Origin: Mariniflexile sp. HNIBRBA6329 | Lineage (GTDB): Bacteria; Bacteroidota; Bacteroidia; Flavobacteriales; Flavobacteriaceae | Direction of reading: 5' to 3' | NCBI RefSeq assembly: GCF_043558645.1 | Contig: NZ_JBIFXS010000001.1 | Location: 450,763 to 474,762 of the forward strand | Length of the DNA: 24,000 nt | In this document: positions 1 through 11,114 of the stretch, piece by piece | How the letters are laid out: every line of letters starts with the position of its first letter | Numbering within the stretch: the first letter of the stretch is position 1 | Made by a program: the position numbers and the translations under genes | Notes under the pieces: model-generated | The model's database searches: none | What the model was told of the DNA's origin: nothing | The model's input: only the letters and a program-made list of their open reading frames with translations

Positions 1-2
1 AT

Positions 3-434
3 AATTTCCCTGACGATAACGTAAATGGCGTAGAGGTTTCAAACTCATACATTAGAGTAGGCGCTTTAGAACCAAAATATGGCTCAAACCTTGTTGCAGG
101 TTTTTCTAACTACGGAAAGCAAAATGTTGATGTATTTGCACCAGGAGCCAAAATATATTCTACAACCCCTGAAAACGAATACGACACCAAAGGAGGCACC
201 TCAATGGCGGCCCCTGCGGTAGCTGGTGTTGCAGCATTAATTCGTTCTTACTATCCAAAATTAACAGCTGCTCAAGTAAAGCAAATTATTATGGAATCTG
301 GTTTGCCTATTAAAACAAAAGTGGTTGTTGGTGGCGATACCAATAATGTAAAACCATTTGCCGATTTATCTAAATCTGGCAGAATTGTTAATGCATATAA
401 CGCCTTCATTATGGCAGCTAAAATGTCTATGTAA
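3..434 (+). CDS. S8 family (subtilisin-like) serine peptidase, C-terminal part; gene begins upstream of the window
   Basis: The frame is open from base 3 and encodes NFPDDNVNGVEVSNSYIRVGALEPKYGSNLVAGFSNYGKQNVDVFAPGAKIYSTTP...GGTSMAAPAVAGVAALI. GTSMAAP is the catalytic Ser motif of S8 peptidases. The ORF track entry at 204 is only an internal Met. Confidence 0.93.
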   Translation, partial: NFPDDNVNGVEVSNSYIRVGALEPKYGSNLVAGFSNYGKQNVDVFAPGAKIYSTTPENEYDTKGGTSMAAPAVAGVAALIRSYYPKLTAAQVKQIIMESGLPIKTKVVVGGDTNNVKPFADLSKSGRIVNAYNAFIMAAKMSM

Positions 435-496
435 CTTAAAATTTATAGACATAAGTATTAAAATATTTTAGTTTCTCAAAAACTATAACCTTATTT

Positions 497-535
497 AAAA
501 TAGATTCTGAAAACTATATCAGAATCTATTTTTTT
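497..535 (+). terminator. Rho-independent-type terminator after the S8 peptidase gene
   Basis: Perfect 14-bp stem AAAATAGATTCTGA (497-510) / TCAGAATCTATTTT (519-532), with the T run continuing to 535. Confidence 0.8.
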
Positions 536-568
536 ATTATTTTCAAACAGTTATAAAAAGAAAAACAA

Positions 569-2401
569 ATGAAAAAATTAACTATTTCTATACTGTCTGT
601 TTTGGTGTTTTGGTCTTGTAACAGTGCACAACCCGTTACCACACCTTCACCATCACAAAACAATACAAATTCATGTTATTGGCAACAGCATGTAGATTAC
701 AAAATGGACATTGATATGGATGTAAACACCTATCAATACAAAGGCAAACAAACCTTGGTGTATACCAATAACTCGCCCGATATTTTAAACCGTGTGTATT
801 ATCACTTATATTTTAATGCTTTTCAACCGGGTAGTGAAATGGACGTTCGTTCTCGAACCATAGCTGACCCAGACCGCAGGGTTAAAGATCGTATTAGCAA
901 ACTGCAGCCAAACGAAATTGGTTATATCAAAGTAAATTCGTTAAAACAAAATGGCAAAACCATTAAGCACGAAACCGTTGGAACCGTTTTAGAAGTTGAT
1001 TTGGCAAAACCCATTCAACCGGGTGAAAGCGTTACTTTTGAAATGGATTTTGATGCCCAAGTACCTGTACAAATTCGTCGTTCCGGTAGAAACAATAAAG
1101 AAGGAGTAGCTTTATCAATGGCACAGTGGTACCCAAAAATAGCTGAATACGATTTTGAAGGCTGGCATGCACACCCCTATATTGGACGTGAATTCCATGG
1201 CGTATGGGGCAATTTTGATGTGAAAATTAATATCGATAAAAACTATATTATTGGTGGTACAGGTTATTTACAAAACCCTAACGAAATTGGTTATGGTTAC
1301 GAAACAGGCACTGTAACCAGACCAAATACCGATAAATTGACATGGCATTTTGTAGCGCCTAATGTACATGATTTTACTTGGGCTGCCGACCCCAATTATA
1401 TTCACGATACGATGCAGGTACCTAATGGCCCAATGCTTCACTTTCTTTATAAAAACACCATGTCCGATGAACAAAAGGACAACTGGAAACGCATACAACC
1501 TAAAGCTGTTGAATTCATGCAATATTTTAGCGACCTTGTAGGTAAGTATCCTTATAAACAGTATTCCATCATTCAAGGAGGCGATGGTGGTATGGAATAT
1601 GGTATGTGCACCCTTCTTTTGGGTGAAGGCACTTATGAAGGTATGATAAAAGGCACGATATCACATGAAATGGCTCATACTTGGTTTCAATTTTTATTGG
1701 CTAGCAACGAATCTAAACACCCATGGATGGATGAAGGTTTTTCTACATATATAGAATATAATGCCGTTAACAGTCTATTTAATGAAGGTAAGGAAAACCC
1801 TTTAGAAGAAGCTTATGAAGCCTATATATCCTTAGCCAAATCAGGTAGAGAACAACCCTTAACAACACAAGGCGACCGCTACGTTTATAATAGAGCCTAC
1901 AGTTTAGCATCATACTATAAAGGCGCTGTATTTTTAGCACAATTGGGCTATATTATGGGTGAAGAAAACTTAACAAAAACCATTAAAAAATATTTTGACG
2001 ACTTTGCTTTTAAACATCCTAAGCCATTGGATATTATCCGTACTGCAGAAAAAGTTTCAGGCTTAGAACTCGATTGGTATTTAACCGATTTTGCCCAAAC
2101 CACCAACACCATAGATTATGGTGTAAAAACTATTGAAAGCAACACCATTTCCTTAGAACGCATTGGCTTAATGCCCATGCCTATTGATGTAACCGTAACT
2201 TATACCGATGGTAAAACCGAAGATTTTTACATCCCATTACAAATGATGCGTGGTGAAAAACCAACCAAAGCTACGTTAATAAAAGATTGGGCTTGGGCAT
2301 ACCCTACCTACACTTTTGAAACCAAAAAAGCGGTAAAAAGTGTAGTAATAGACCCAAAAAATTTAATGGCGGATATTAATAAAGAAAATAACAGAAAGTA
2401 A
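569..2401 (+). CDS. M1 family metallopeptidase (aminopeptidase N-like), lipoprotein/secreted
   Basis: 610-aa ORF with an N-terminal signal and lipobox-like Cys (SVLVFWSCN). Zinc motif HEMAHTW followed 18 residues later by E (WMDEGFSTYIE), i.e. HExxH-x18-E, and a GGMEYG exopeptidase-like motif. Confidence 0.93.
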   Translation: MKKLTISILSVLVFWSCNSAQPVTTPSPSQNNTNSCYWQQHVDYKMDIDMDVNTYQYKGKQTLVYTNNSPDILNRVYYHLYFNAFQPGSEMDVRSRTIADPDRRVKDRISKLQPNEIGYIKVNSLKQNGKTIKHETVGTVLEVDLAKPIQPGESVTFEMDFDAQVPVQIRRSGRNNKEGVALSMAQWYPKIAEYDFEGWHAHPYIGREFHGVWGNFDVKINIDKNYIIGGTGYLQNPNEIGYGYETGTVTRPNTDKLTWHFVAPNVHDFTWAADPNYIHDTMQVPNGPMLHFLYKNTMSDEQKDNWKRIQPKAVEFMQYFSDLVGKYPYKQYSIIQGGDGGMEYGMCTLLLGEGTYEGMIKGTISHEMAHTWFQFLLASNESKHPWMDEGFSTYIEYNAVNSLFNEGKENPLEEAYEAYISLAKSGREQPLTTQGDRYVYNRAYSLASYYKGAVFLAQLGYIMGEENLTKTIKKYFDDFAFKHPKPLDIIRTAEKVSGLELDWYLTDFAQTTNTIDYGVKTIESNTISLERIGLMPMPIDVTVTYTDGKTEDFYIPLQMMRGEKPTKATLIKDWAWAYPTYTFETKKAVKSVVIDPKNLMADINKENNRK

Positions 2402-2499
2402 TTAAAATTGTTTTCAAATAAACTTGGTGTTATTGATGCTCTCCACAAAATTTATTATTGATATATTTGAAATTAAACAGAACTTAACAAATAATTAAA

Positions 2500-3165
2500 A
2501 TGGAGATATTAATTAAGAATATCAAAAAACAAATAGCCTTATTTACACTATTTTTATTAACGGCAAGCGTTTGTGTTGCTCAACAAAACGAAGAAGCTAA
2601 ATTAATAGAAAAAGCTGGTAACTGGGTTGCAGAATTAAATCTCAATAATAAAGAAAAGGAAATACAGGTAACCGAAGATATATCAACACATTTAATAGCG
2701 GTACGTAATTGGCACAACAGTCACCCGTTTGATAGTGTTCCTGCAGGTATTAATCCAGTAACCGGTCAACCCTTATCGGAGTTAGACCGCTCCATTATCG
2801 CCGATTCAGCAATGCCTAATTCTGTACATGAGGCACTTATGGCAGGACTCAAAGCAAACCTTAACGATAACCAAATTGAGGCTATTCTAGATAAATATAC
2901 CATTGGCAAAGTGGCGTTTACCTTAAAAGGATATCATGCAATAGTTACTGATCTCACAGAAGAAGAAGAATCTATTATATTAAAAAACCTAAAAGAAGCT
3001 CGAGAAATAGCTGTGGATTTTAAAAATATGAAGCAAATCTCGGCCATTTTTGAAATTTATAAAACCAAAAACGAACAATATTTAAACTCTAATGGAAGAA
3101 GTTGGAGACAATTGTATAAAGATTATGGAAAGCGTATGAAAGCTGAAAAAGCTAAAAAAAACTAA
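2500..3165 (+). CDS. DUF3826-like secreted protein
   Basis: 221-aa ORF. The hydrophobic N-terminal segment (IALFTLFLLTASVCVAQQ) looks like a signal peptide. The body (WVAELNL...NWHNSHPFDSVPAG..., YTIGKVAFTLKGYHAIVTDLTEEEE) resembles DUF3826 proteins. The family name is from memory. Confidence 0.65.
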   Translation: MEILIKNIKKQIALFTLFLLTASVCVAQQNEEAKLIEKAGNWVAELNLNNKEKEIQVTEDISTHLIAVRNWHNSHPFDSVPAGINPVTGQPLSELDRSIIADSAMPNSVHEALMAGLKANLNDNQIEAILDKYTIGKVAFTLKGYHAIVTDLTEEEESIILKNLKEAREIAVDFKNMKQISAIFEIYKTKNEQYLNSNGRSWRQLYKDYGKRMKAEKAKKN

Positions 3166-3194
3166 CTTTTTAATAAATAACTCAATCATATTCT

Positions 3195-3224
3195 AAAGCC
3201 TTCTTTGTATTAAGAAGGCTTTTT
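3195..3224 (+). terminator. Rho-independent-type terminator after the DUF3826-like gene
   Basis: Perfect 11-bp stem AAAGCCTTCTT (3195-3205) / AAGAAGGCTTT (3212-3222), loop TGTATT, then T residues. Confidence 0.85.
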
Positions 3225-3297
3225 GTATAGATTTCTATCTTTTTTTAGAAAAAATTACAATACACCCTTATTTTTTTATACATTCGCTCTGTAAACT

Positions 3298-3372
3298 TTA
3301 GGGGTGTTCTACTTTAAGAACTGAGATATACCCTTTGAACCTGATACGGTTAGTACCGTCGAAGGGAAAAGT
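3298..3372 (+). promoter_or_regulatory. TPP (THI element) riboswitch aptamer
   Basis: TTAGGGGTG...AACTGAGATATACCCTTTGAACCTGATACGGTTAGTACCGTCGAAGGGAAAA. This contains the conserved GGGGTG, CTGAGA, ACCCTTTGAACCTGAT and GAAGGGAA blocks, and sits directly upstream of the thiamine genes. Confidence 0.95.
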
Positions 3373-3411
3373 TGAATAATACATTGCAATATGTATTAGC
3401 AATTCTTTTCT

Positions 3412-3446
3412 AAAATAAAACTCACCAACACTGAGTTTATTTTTTT
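3412..3446 (+). terminator. Terminator-like hairpin, likely the riboswitch expression platform
   Basis: Perfect 7-bp core AAACTCA (3418-3424) / TGAGTTT (3432-3438). It extends through AAAATAAA/TTTATTTT pairing with one bulge, followed by T residues to 3446. It lies between the aptamer and thiS. Confidence 0.7.
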
Positions 3447-3495
3447 CAAACATTTAGATACTTCTACAGTTTACAATAATTAAAAACTATTGTGA

Positions 3496-5615
<2,120 letters not shown>

Positions 5616-5654
5616 AAAACCAATGAATAATCCGTCAACTTAAAACAGAAGCAA

Positions 5655-6245
5655 ATGATTGTTCTTATTGCTCCAGAAGAAGATATACCAAATGAAATTG
5701 ACATACTTAACAAGCTGTTTAAAAACGGGTTGCTCTATTACCATTTAAGAAAACCAAATAAAGATTTTAAAGAGCATTCCGAATATTTAAATAAAATAGA
5801 ACCGGAATACCATAATAGAATTGTAGTTCACTATTTTCACGAATTGGTAAATAGTTTTGACCTAAAAGGAATTCATTTTCAAGAACAAAAAAGAATAGAC
5901 CATATTGATAATCCGGGGCAATATTTTAAAAACCTAAACATGTTTGGAAAAACAATAAGTTCATCGTTTCATGAACCAGAAACTTTAAGTGCTTGTTACT
6001 TTGAGTTCGATTACCATTTGCTAAGTCCGGTATTTTCATCACTATCAAAAGAAGGGTATGAAGGTCGGGGTTTTGATGTAAACCATATTAACAAAACTAT
6101 TGTGGGCATGGGAGGTGTAACGAACGAAAATTTAGACTGCTTTAAAAAATTAGGTTATAAAGGAGTAGGCATTTTAGGTAGCATTTGGAACACCGAAAAT
6201 CCAGTTGAAAGTTTCAATAAAATAAAAAACAGTTATAAAATATAA
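5655..6245 (+). CDS. Divergent thiamine phosphate synthase/TenI superfamily protein (possible thiazole tautomerase)
   Basis: 196 aa with ThiE/TenI fold signatures: YYHLRKP, GIHFQEQ, LLSPVFSSLSKEGYEGRGFDV, VGMGGVTNENLDCFKKLGYKGVGILGSIW. It lacks the canonical ND and TxTK motifs found in the second thiE copy. It is encoded in the thi operon. Confidence 0.75.
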   Translation: MIVLIAPEEDIPNEIDILNKLFKNGLLYYHLRKPNKDFKEHSEYLNKIEPEYHNRIVVHYFHELVNSFDLKGIHFQEQKRIDHIDNPGQYFKNLNMFGKTISSSFHEPETLSACYFEFDYHLLSPVFSSLSKEGYEGRGFDVNHINKTIVGMGGVTNENLDCFKKLGYKGVGILGSIWNTENPVESFNKIKNSYKI

Positions 6246-6255
6246 TTCTAACGTA

Positions 6256-7017
6256 TTGCAACCAAAACCATACATAATAACCATAGGTGGCTTAGACCCC
6301 TCTAGTGGAGCAGGCATTACTTCGGATATTAAAACATTTGAAACTTACGGGCTCTATGGGTTATCGGTTTGTACAGCGGTTACTGTTCAAGACGATGCGT
6401 CTTTTAAACAGTGCGAATGGGTAAGACCACAGGTTGTAATAAATCAATTAGAAGTTCTATTGAATCGTTTTCCTGTTAGTGTCATAAAAATAGGCATAGT
6501 AGAGCATTGGAAAACACTTCATAACATTATCGAAAAAATAAAAGCACTAAAACCCGAAATAAAAATAATAGTAGATCCTATTTTAAAAGCCAGTGCCGGG
6601 TTCGATTTTCACCATAAAGAAAGCATAAACTATTTTGATAACATTTTAGATAAATGCTACCTTTTTACACCTAATTATAACGAAATAAAAGGTTTGTACC
6701 CAGAAAAATCTATTGAAGATACCATTTCTTATATTTCTAAAAAATCAAACATCTATTTAAAAGGCGGTCATAGAACCGATAAAAAAGGCTGGGATGAATT
6801 GTACTATGGCGGTATCGTTCAAATAAACATAGAACCCATAGCTGATAAAATTTATGAAAAACACGGAAGTGGTTGTGTATTAGCTGCTGCCATAGCTTCA
6901 AATTTAGTAAAAAACATGCATTTGGAAGATGCTTGTAGGCAAGCAAAATACTATACCGAACAGTTTTTAAACTCAAATACATCCTTATTAGGACACCATA
7001 ATTACCAAAACACATGA
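6256..7017 (+). CDS. thiD: Bifunctional hydroxymethylpyrimidine kinase/phosphomethylpyrimidine kinase
   Basis: GGLDPSSGAGITSDIKTFETYGLYGLSVCTAVTVQ, DPILKASAG, GSGCVLAAAIASNL. The start is a TTG codon at 6256. Its stop overlaps the next ATG (ATGA). Confidence 0.93.
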   Translation: MQPKPYIITIGGLDPSSGAGITSDIKTFETYGLYGLSVCTAVTVQDDASFKQCEWVRPQVVINQLEVLLNRFPVSVIKIGIVEHWKTLHNIIEKIKALKPEIKIIVDPILKASAGFDFHHKESINYFDNILDKCYLFTPNYNEIKGLYPEKSIEDTISYISKKSNIYLKGGHRTDKKGWDELYYGGIVQINIEPIADKIYEKHGSGCVLAAAIASNLVKNMHLEDACRQAKYYTEQFLNSNTSLLGHHNYQNT

Positions 7018-7667
7018 TAAGTAAATTACATTATATATCGCAAGGCGAAACACCTAGACAACATTTAGAAAACATACAAAAAGCATGTACTTCTGGAGCA
7101 GAATTAGTGCAATTACGTCTTAAAAATATAGACCTTAAAACCATTTTTGAAACCGCACTACAAGCTAGAGAAATAACCTCCCATTTTCAAACACGATTAA
7201 TAATAAACGATCATTATAAAATAGCTCGAGAAGTGAAAGCGGACGGTGTTCATTTAGGAAAAACCGATGCTTGCCCTTTAGAAGCAAAAAGCTATTTAGG
7301 AAAATTTTACAGTGTAGGAGGTACTGCAAATACACTTGAAGATTGCAAAAGATTAATTGAAAAAAAGGTAGATTATATTGGCCTAGGACCTTTTAAATTC
7401 ACTGAAACGAAAACCAATTTAAGTCCAGTTTTGGGTATTCTAGGCTACCAAACCATTATTGATGCTTTGCAAACAAAAACCCCCATAATTGCCATTGGAG
7501 GGATTATGGTATCTGACGTTCCTGAATTATTAAAAACAGGAATTTATGGCGTTGCAGCATCGGGAGAAATTACCAAAAACTTTAATAATATAAGTACTTT
7601 CAACACGCTCTTAAAAGCACCTTCAACAAACGAACAGGTATGGAAAGTCAATTTAAAAACAGAGTAG
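7014..7667 (+). CDS. thiE: Thiamine phosphate synthase
   Basis: Canonical ThiE motifs [55 protein letters not shown]. Translationally coupled to thiD. Confidence 0.93.
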   Translation: MISKLHYISQGETPRQHLENIQKACTSGAELVQLRLKNIDLKTIFETALQAREITSHFQTRLIINDHYKIAREVKADGVHLGKTDACPLEAKSYLGKFYSVGGTANTLEDCKRLIEKKVDYIGLGPFKFTETKTNLSPVLGILGYQTIIDALQTKTPIIAIGGIMVSDVPELLKTGIYGVAASGEITKNFNNISTFNTLLKAPSTNEQVWKVNLKTE

Positions 7668-7671
7668 CAGT

Positions 7672-8442
7672 ATGGATGATATACTTAGAATAGCAAATAA
7701 AACCTTTATGTCTAGATTATTTACTGGCACAGGAAAATTTAGCAGCACAGCACTTATGCGAGATGCCATTATAGCATCAGAAAGTGAATTAGCCACCGTT
7801 GCATTAAAACGAGTGGATGTTAACAACGAATCTGATGACATGTTAACACATTTAAATCATGTTAATTTATTACCAAACACCTCTGGAGTAAGAACTGCAA
7901 AAGAAGCTATTTTTGCGGCCCAATTAGCTAGAGAAGCCTTAAATACCAATTGGATAAAATTAGAAATTCATCCAGATCCAAAATATTTATTACCAGACCC
8001 CATAGAAACTCTAAAAGCAGCCAAAGCATTAGTGAAATTAGGTTTTATTGTGATGCCATATATACATGCTGACCCTGTTCTATGCAAACGTTTGGAAGAT
8101 GTAGGTACACAATGCGTTATGCCACTTGGTGCTCCAATAGGCAGTAATAAAGGGATAAAAACCGTCGATTTTTTAAAAATAATTATAGAACAAAGTAATG
8201 TGCCTGTTATTGTTGATGCTGGTATTGGAGCACCATCACATGCCGCGTATGCTATGGAATTAGGAGCCGATGCCGTTTTAGTAAATACCGCCATTGCTGT
8301 GTCTCAAAACCCAGTTGAAATGGCTATCGCATTTAAAATGGCTGTAAAAGCAGGCAGAATGGCTTATAATGCAAAAATGGCTCCCATAAAAAACCACGCC
8401 GATGCCAGTAGTCCGCTTACTTCTTTTTTAAATGAAACGTAA
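7672..8442 (+). CDS. thiG: Thiazole synthase ThiG
   Basis: [24 protein letters not shown]-like region, [70 protein letters not shown]. Confidence 0.97.
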   Translation: MDDILRIANKTFMSRLFTGTGKFSSTALMRDAIIASESELATVALKRVDVNNESDDMLTHLNHVNLLPNTSGVRTAKEAIFAAQLAREALNTNWIKLEIHPDPKYLLPDPIETLKAAKALVKLGFIVMPYIHADPVLCKRLEDVGTQCVMPLGAPIGSNKGIKTVDFLKIIIEQSNVPVIVDAGIGAPSHAAYAMELGADAVLVNTAIAVSQNPVEMAIAFKMAVKAGRMAYNAKMAPIKNHADASSPLTSFLNET

Positions 8443-8465
8443 TAAACAAATTAAAAAAGCTTCAA

Positions 8466-9575
8466 ATGTCATTTAAAAACACCTTTTATAATTACGATTG
8501 GTCAACCATAGAAAACGAAATTTATACCGTTACGCCCGATGCTGTTGAAAAAGTGCTTCAAAAAGCGCATATAACTTTAGACGAATTTAAAATATTAATT
8601 TCTCCTGCAGCAAAACCATATATTGAACAAATGGCACAACGCAGTAGTATATTAACCAAAAAGCGTTTTGGCAATACCATGCAAATGTATATTCCCATGT
8701 ACCTGTCCAACGAATGTCAAAACATTTGTACTTACTGTGGTTTTAGTATGACTAATAAAATTCCGAGAAAAACATTGAGTGATGCCGAAATTTTAAAAGA
8801 AGCTCATTATATAAAAAACTTAGGGTACGATCATATTTTACTGGTTACGGGAGAAGCCAATAAAACTGTAGGAGTAGACTATATAAAACATGCTATAAAT
8901 TTAATCAACACTCACTTTTCTAATATTAGTATAGAGGTGCAACCTTTAGATCAGGAAGAATACGAATTACTCATAGAAGCAGGTTTATATGCCGTTTTAG
9001 TATACCAAGAAACCTACCATGAAGCAACCTATAAAGAACATCATCCTAAAGGAAAAAAATCTAATTTTCATTATAGATTGGATACCCCCGACAGACTTGG
9101 AAAAGCCGGAATACACAAAATAGGCTTAGGTTCATTATTTGGTTTGGAAGATTGGCGTGTAGATAGTTTTTATACAGCATTACATTTAAAATATTTACAA
9201 AAGACCTATTGGAAAACAAAGTACTCCATTTCATTTCCAAGGTTACGCCCTCACTCTGGTGGTTTAGAGCCTAAAGTAGAAATGACCGATGCAGACTTAG
9301 TACAACTAATTTGTGCATACAGATTGCTTGATGAAGATGTAGAACTATCCTTATCCACTCGCGAAAATGAAGTTTTTAGAAACAATATTGTGAATTTGGG
9401 AATCACATCTATTAGTGCAGAATCGAAAACAAATCCTGGGGGTTATAGTGTAGAACCACAGTCCTTAGAACAATTTGAAATTTCAGATGAGCGTTCTACA
9501 ACCGACATAAAAAACATGCTTCAATCGCAAGGCTTTGAGGTAGTTTGGAAAGATTGGACCAATAATTGGCAATGA
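8466..9575 (+). CDS. thiH: 2-iminoacetate synthase ThiH (radical SAM)
   Basis: Radical SAM motif CQNICTYCGF, then YDHILLVTGEANKTVGVDYIK, EVQPLDQEEYELLIEAG, VYQETYHEATYKEHHPKG. Confidence 0.97.
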   Translation: MSFKNTFYNYDWSTIENEIYTVTPDAVEKVLQKAHITLDEFKILISPAAKPYIEQMAQRSSILTKKRFGNTMQMYIPMYLSNECQNICTYCGFSMTNKIPRKTLSDAEILKEAHYIKNLGYDHILLVTGEANKTVGVDYIKHAINLINTHFSNISIEVQPLDQEEYELLIEAGLYAVLVYQETYHEATYKEHHPKGKKSNFHYRLDTPDRLGKAGIHKIGLGSLFGLEDWRVDSFYTALHLKYLQKTYWKTKYSISFPRLRPHSGGLEPKVEMTDADLVQLICAYRLLDEDVELSLSTRENEVFRNNIVNLGITSISAESKTNPGGYSVEPQSLEQFEISDERSTTDIKNMLQSQGFEVVWKDWTNNWQ

Positions 9576-9594
9576 TAAAATTAAGTTTATAAAA

Positions 9595-10659
9595 ATGCTT
9601 AGCAAAGAAGAAGAAAAACAATATAGTAGACATCTTATTTTAGACGAAATTGGTAATGCTGGACAATTAAAATTAAAACAAGCCAAGGTTTTAATGGTTG
9701 GTGCTGGAGGTTTAGGTTGCCCCATACTACAATATTTAACAGCTGCCGGTGTTGGTACTATTGGAATTATAGACCTCGATTGTGTAGATCAAAGCAATTT
9801 ACAGCGCCAAATTTTGTATACATATAATGATATTGGCAAGTATAAAGCTAAAGTTGCTGCAACCAGATTATCACAATTAAACCCATTTATAACTTTTAAA
9901 ACGTATGTAGAACCACTTACCAAAGAAAATGCCATCAACATATTTAAAAACTTTGATGTTATAGTAGATGGAAGCGATAATTTCCCTACGCGCTATTTGG
10001 TTAACGATGCTGCAGTTTTAACAAATAAGCCCTTGGTTTTTGGTTCTATTTTTAAATTTGAAGGACAAGTTTCCGTGTTTAATTACAAAAATGGCCCCAC
10101 ATATAGATGCTTATTTCCAACCCCACCAAAATCAGCATCAGTTCCAAATTGCTCAGAAATTGGCGTACTAGGTGTTTTACCAGGCATCATTGGTGTACTT
10201 CAAGCAAACGAAGTTTTAAAAATAATTTGCGAGATGGGTACGGTTTTATCTGGAAAACTATTGGCATTTAATGCGCTTTCCTTACAACAAAGCCTGTTTA
10301 ATTTTGAAAAAAATCCAGCTGTAAACATAACATCACTAGAAAAAAACTATAAAACTTTCTGTAGGGTTCTTAATTCAATTAATGAAATAACGTACAGCGA
10401 CTACAAAAAACATCCCGAAAATTATAATTTATTAGATGTTAGAAACTTATTGGAACGTAAACACCATAATATTGGCGGTATTCATATTCCCTTAAATGAA
10501 CTTTTAAATAAGTTAGATGAAATTCCTTTAAACAAACCCTTAATTGTGTATTGTAAATCTGGCATACGCAGTAAAAAAGCTATTGAGATATTAACAAATA
10601 ATGCTATAAAAATAGATCTCATAAATTTAAAGGACGGCCTAATAAACAGTTCATTTTAA
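9595..10659 (+). CDS. thiF: ThiF/MoeB/HesA family E1-like adenylyltransferase with C-terminal rhodanese domain
   Basis: RHLILDEIGNAGQLKLKQAKVLMVGAGGLGCPILQYLTAAGVGTIGIIDLDCVDQSNLQRQILY (E1 nucleotide-binding motif), DGSDNFPTRYLVNDA, and the C-terminal rhodanese active-site loop VYCKSGIRSKKAI. Last gene of the thi operon. Confidence 0.88.
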   Translation: MLSKEEEKQYSRHLILDEIGNAGQLKLKQAKVLMVGAGGLGCPILQYLTAAGVGTIGIIDLDCVDQSNLQRQILYTYNDIGKYKAKVAATRLSQLNPFITFKTYVEPLTKENAINIFKNFDVIVDGSDNFPTRYLVNDAAVLTNKPLVFGSIFKFEGQVSVFNYKNGPTYRCLFPTPPKSASVPNCSEIGVLGVLPGIIGVLQANEVLKIICEMGTVLSGKLLAFNALSLQQSLFNFEKNPAVNITSLEKNYKTFCRVLNSINEITYSDYKKHPENYNLLDVRNLLERKHHNIGGIHIPLNELLNKLDEIPLNKPLIVYCKSGIRSKKAIEILTNNAIKIDLINLKDGLINSSF

Positions 10660-10706
10660 TTTTATTGGTTTTTTTATGTTAGTTTCATTCTTACCTTTGG
10701 CTTTCT

Positions 10707-11114
10707 ATGGCACAAACATTTCCAAAAAAAGAAAAACTAAAAAGCAAAAAGCTTATCGAGCAATTGTTTGCCACTGGGCAATCAGTTTCGGCGTTTCCTT
10801 TGCGTTTGGTTTTTTTACCTACTGCTTTTGATGATGGTGTTATAGCGAAAACAGGCGTTTCGGTTAGTAAACGCTATTTTAAAACCGCGGTAGACAGGAA
10901 CCGTATAAAACGTTTGATGCGAGAGATTTACCGACTAAATAAAGCCACGTATTTTAACAACATTACAACACAATATGCGTTTATGATTTTGTACATTGGC
11001 AAAGATAAACCTACTTTAACCCAAGTTGAAACCCGAATGAACCACCTTTTTGAGAAGTTTTTAAACAAGGTTTCTGAAACTGAAAAATTAAATAGTGATG
11101 AACAAATTACTTAA
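10707..11114 (+). CDS. rnpA: Ribonuclease P protein component
   Basis: FPKKEKLKSKKLIEQLFATGQS, KTGVSVSKRYFKTAVDRNRIKRLMREIYRL is the RnpA RNR signature region. 135 aa. Confidence 0.93.
   Translation: MAQTFPKKEKLKSKKLIEQLFATGQSVSAFPLRLVFLPTAFDDGVIAKTGVSVSKRYFKTAVDRNRIKRLMREIYRLNKATYFNNITTQYAFMILYIGKDKPTLTQVETRMNHLFEKFLNKVSETEKLNSDEQIT

Noticed and set aside
1268-1576. 102-aa minus-strand ORF inside the M1 peptidase gene
   Set aside because: Antisense to a strongly supported coding region, with no recognisable motif.
6737-7015. Minus-strand ORFs within thiD, thiG and thiF (6737-7015, 7653-7841, 7968-8294, 9483-9725)
   Set aside because: All antisense to confidently assigned thiamine genes, with low-complexity or Leu/Ser-rich translations.
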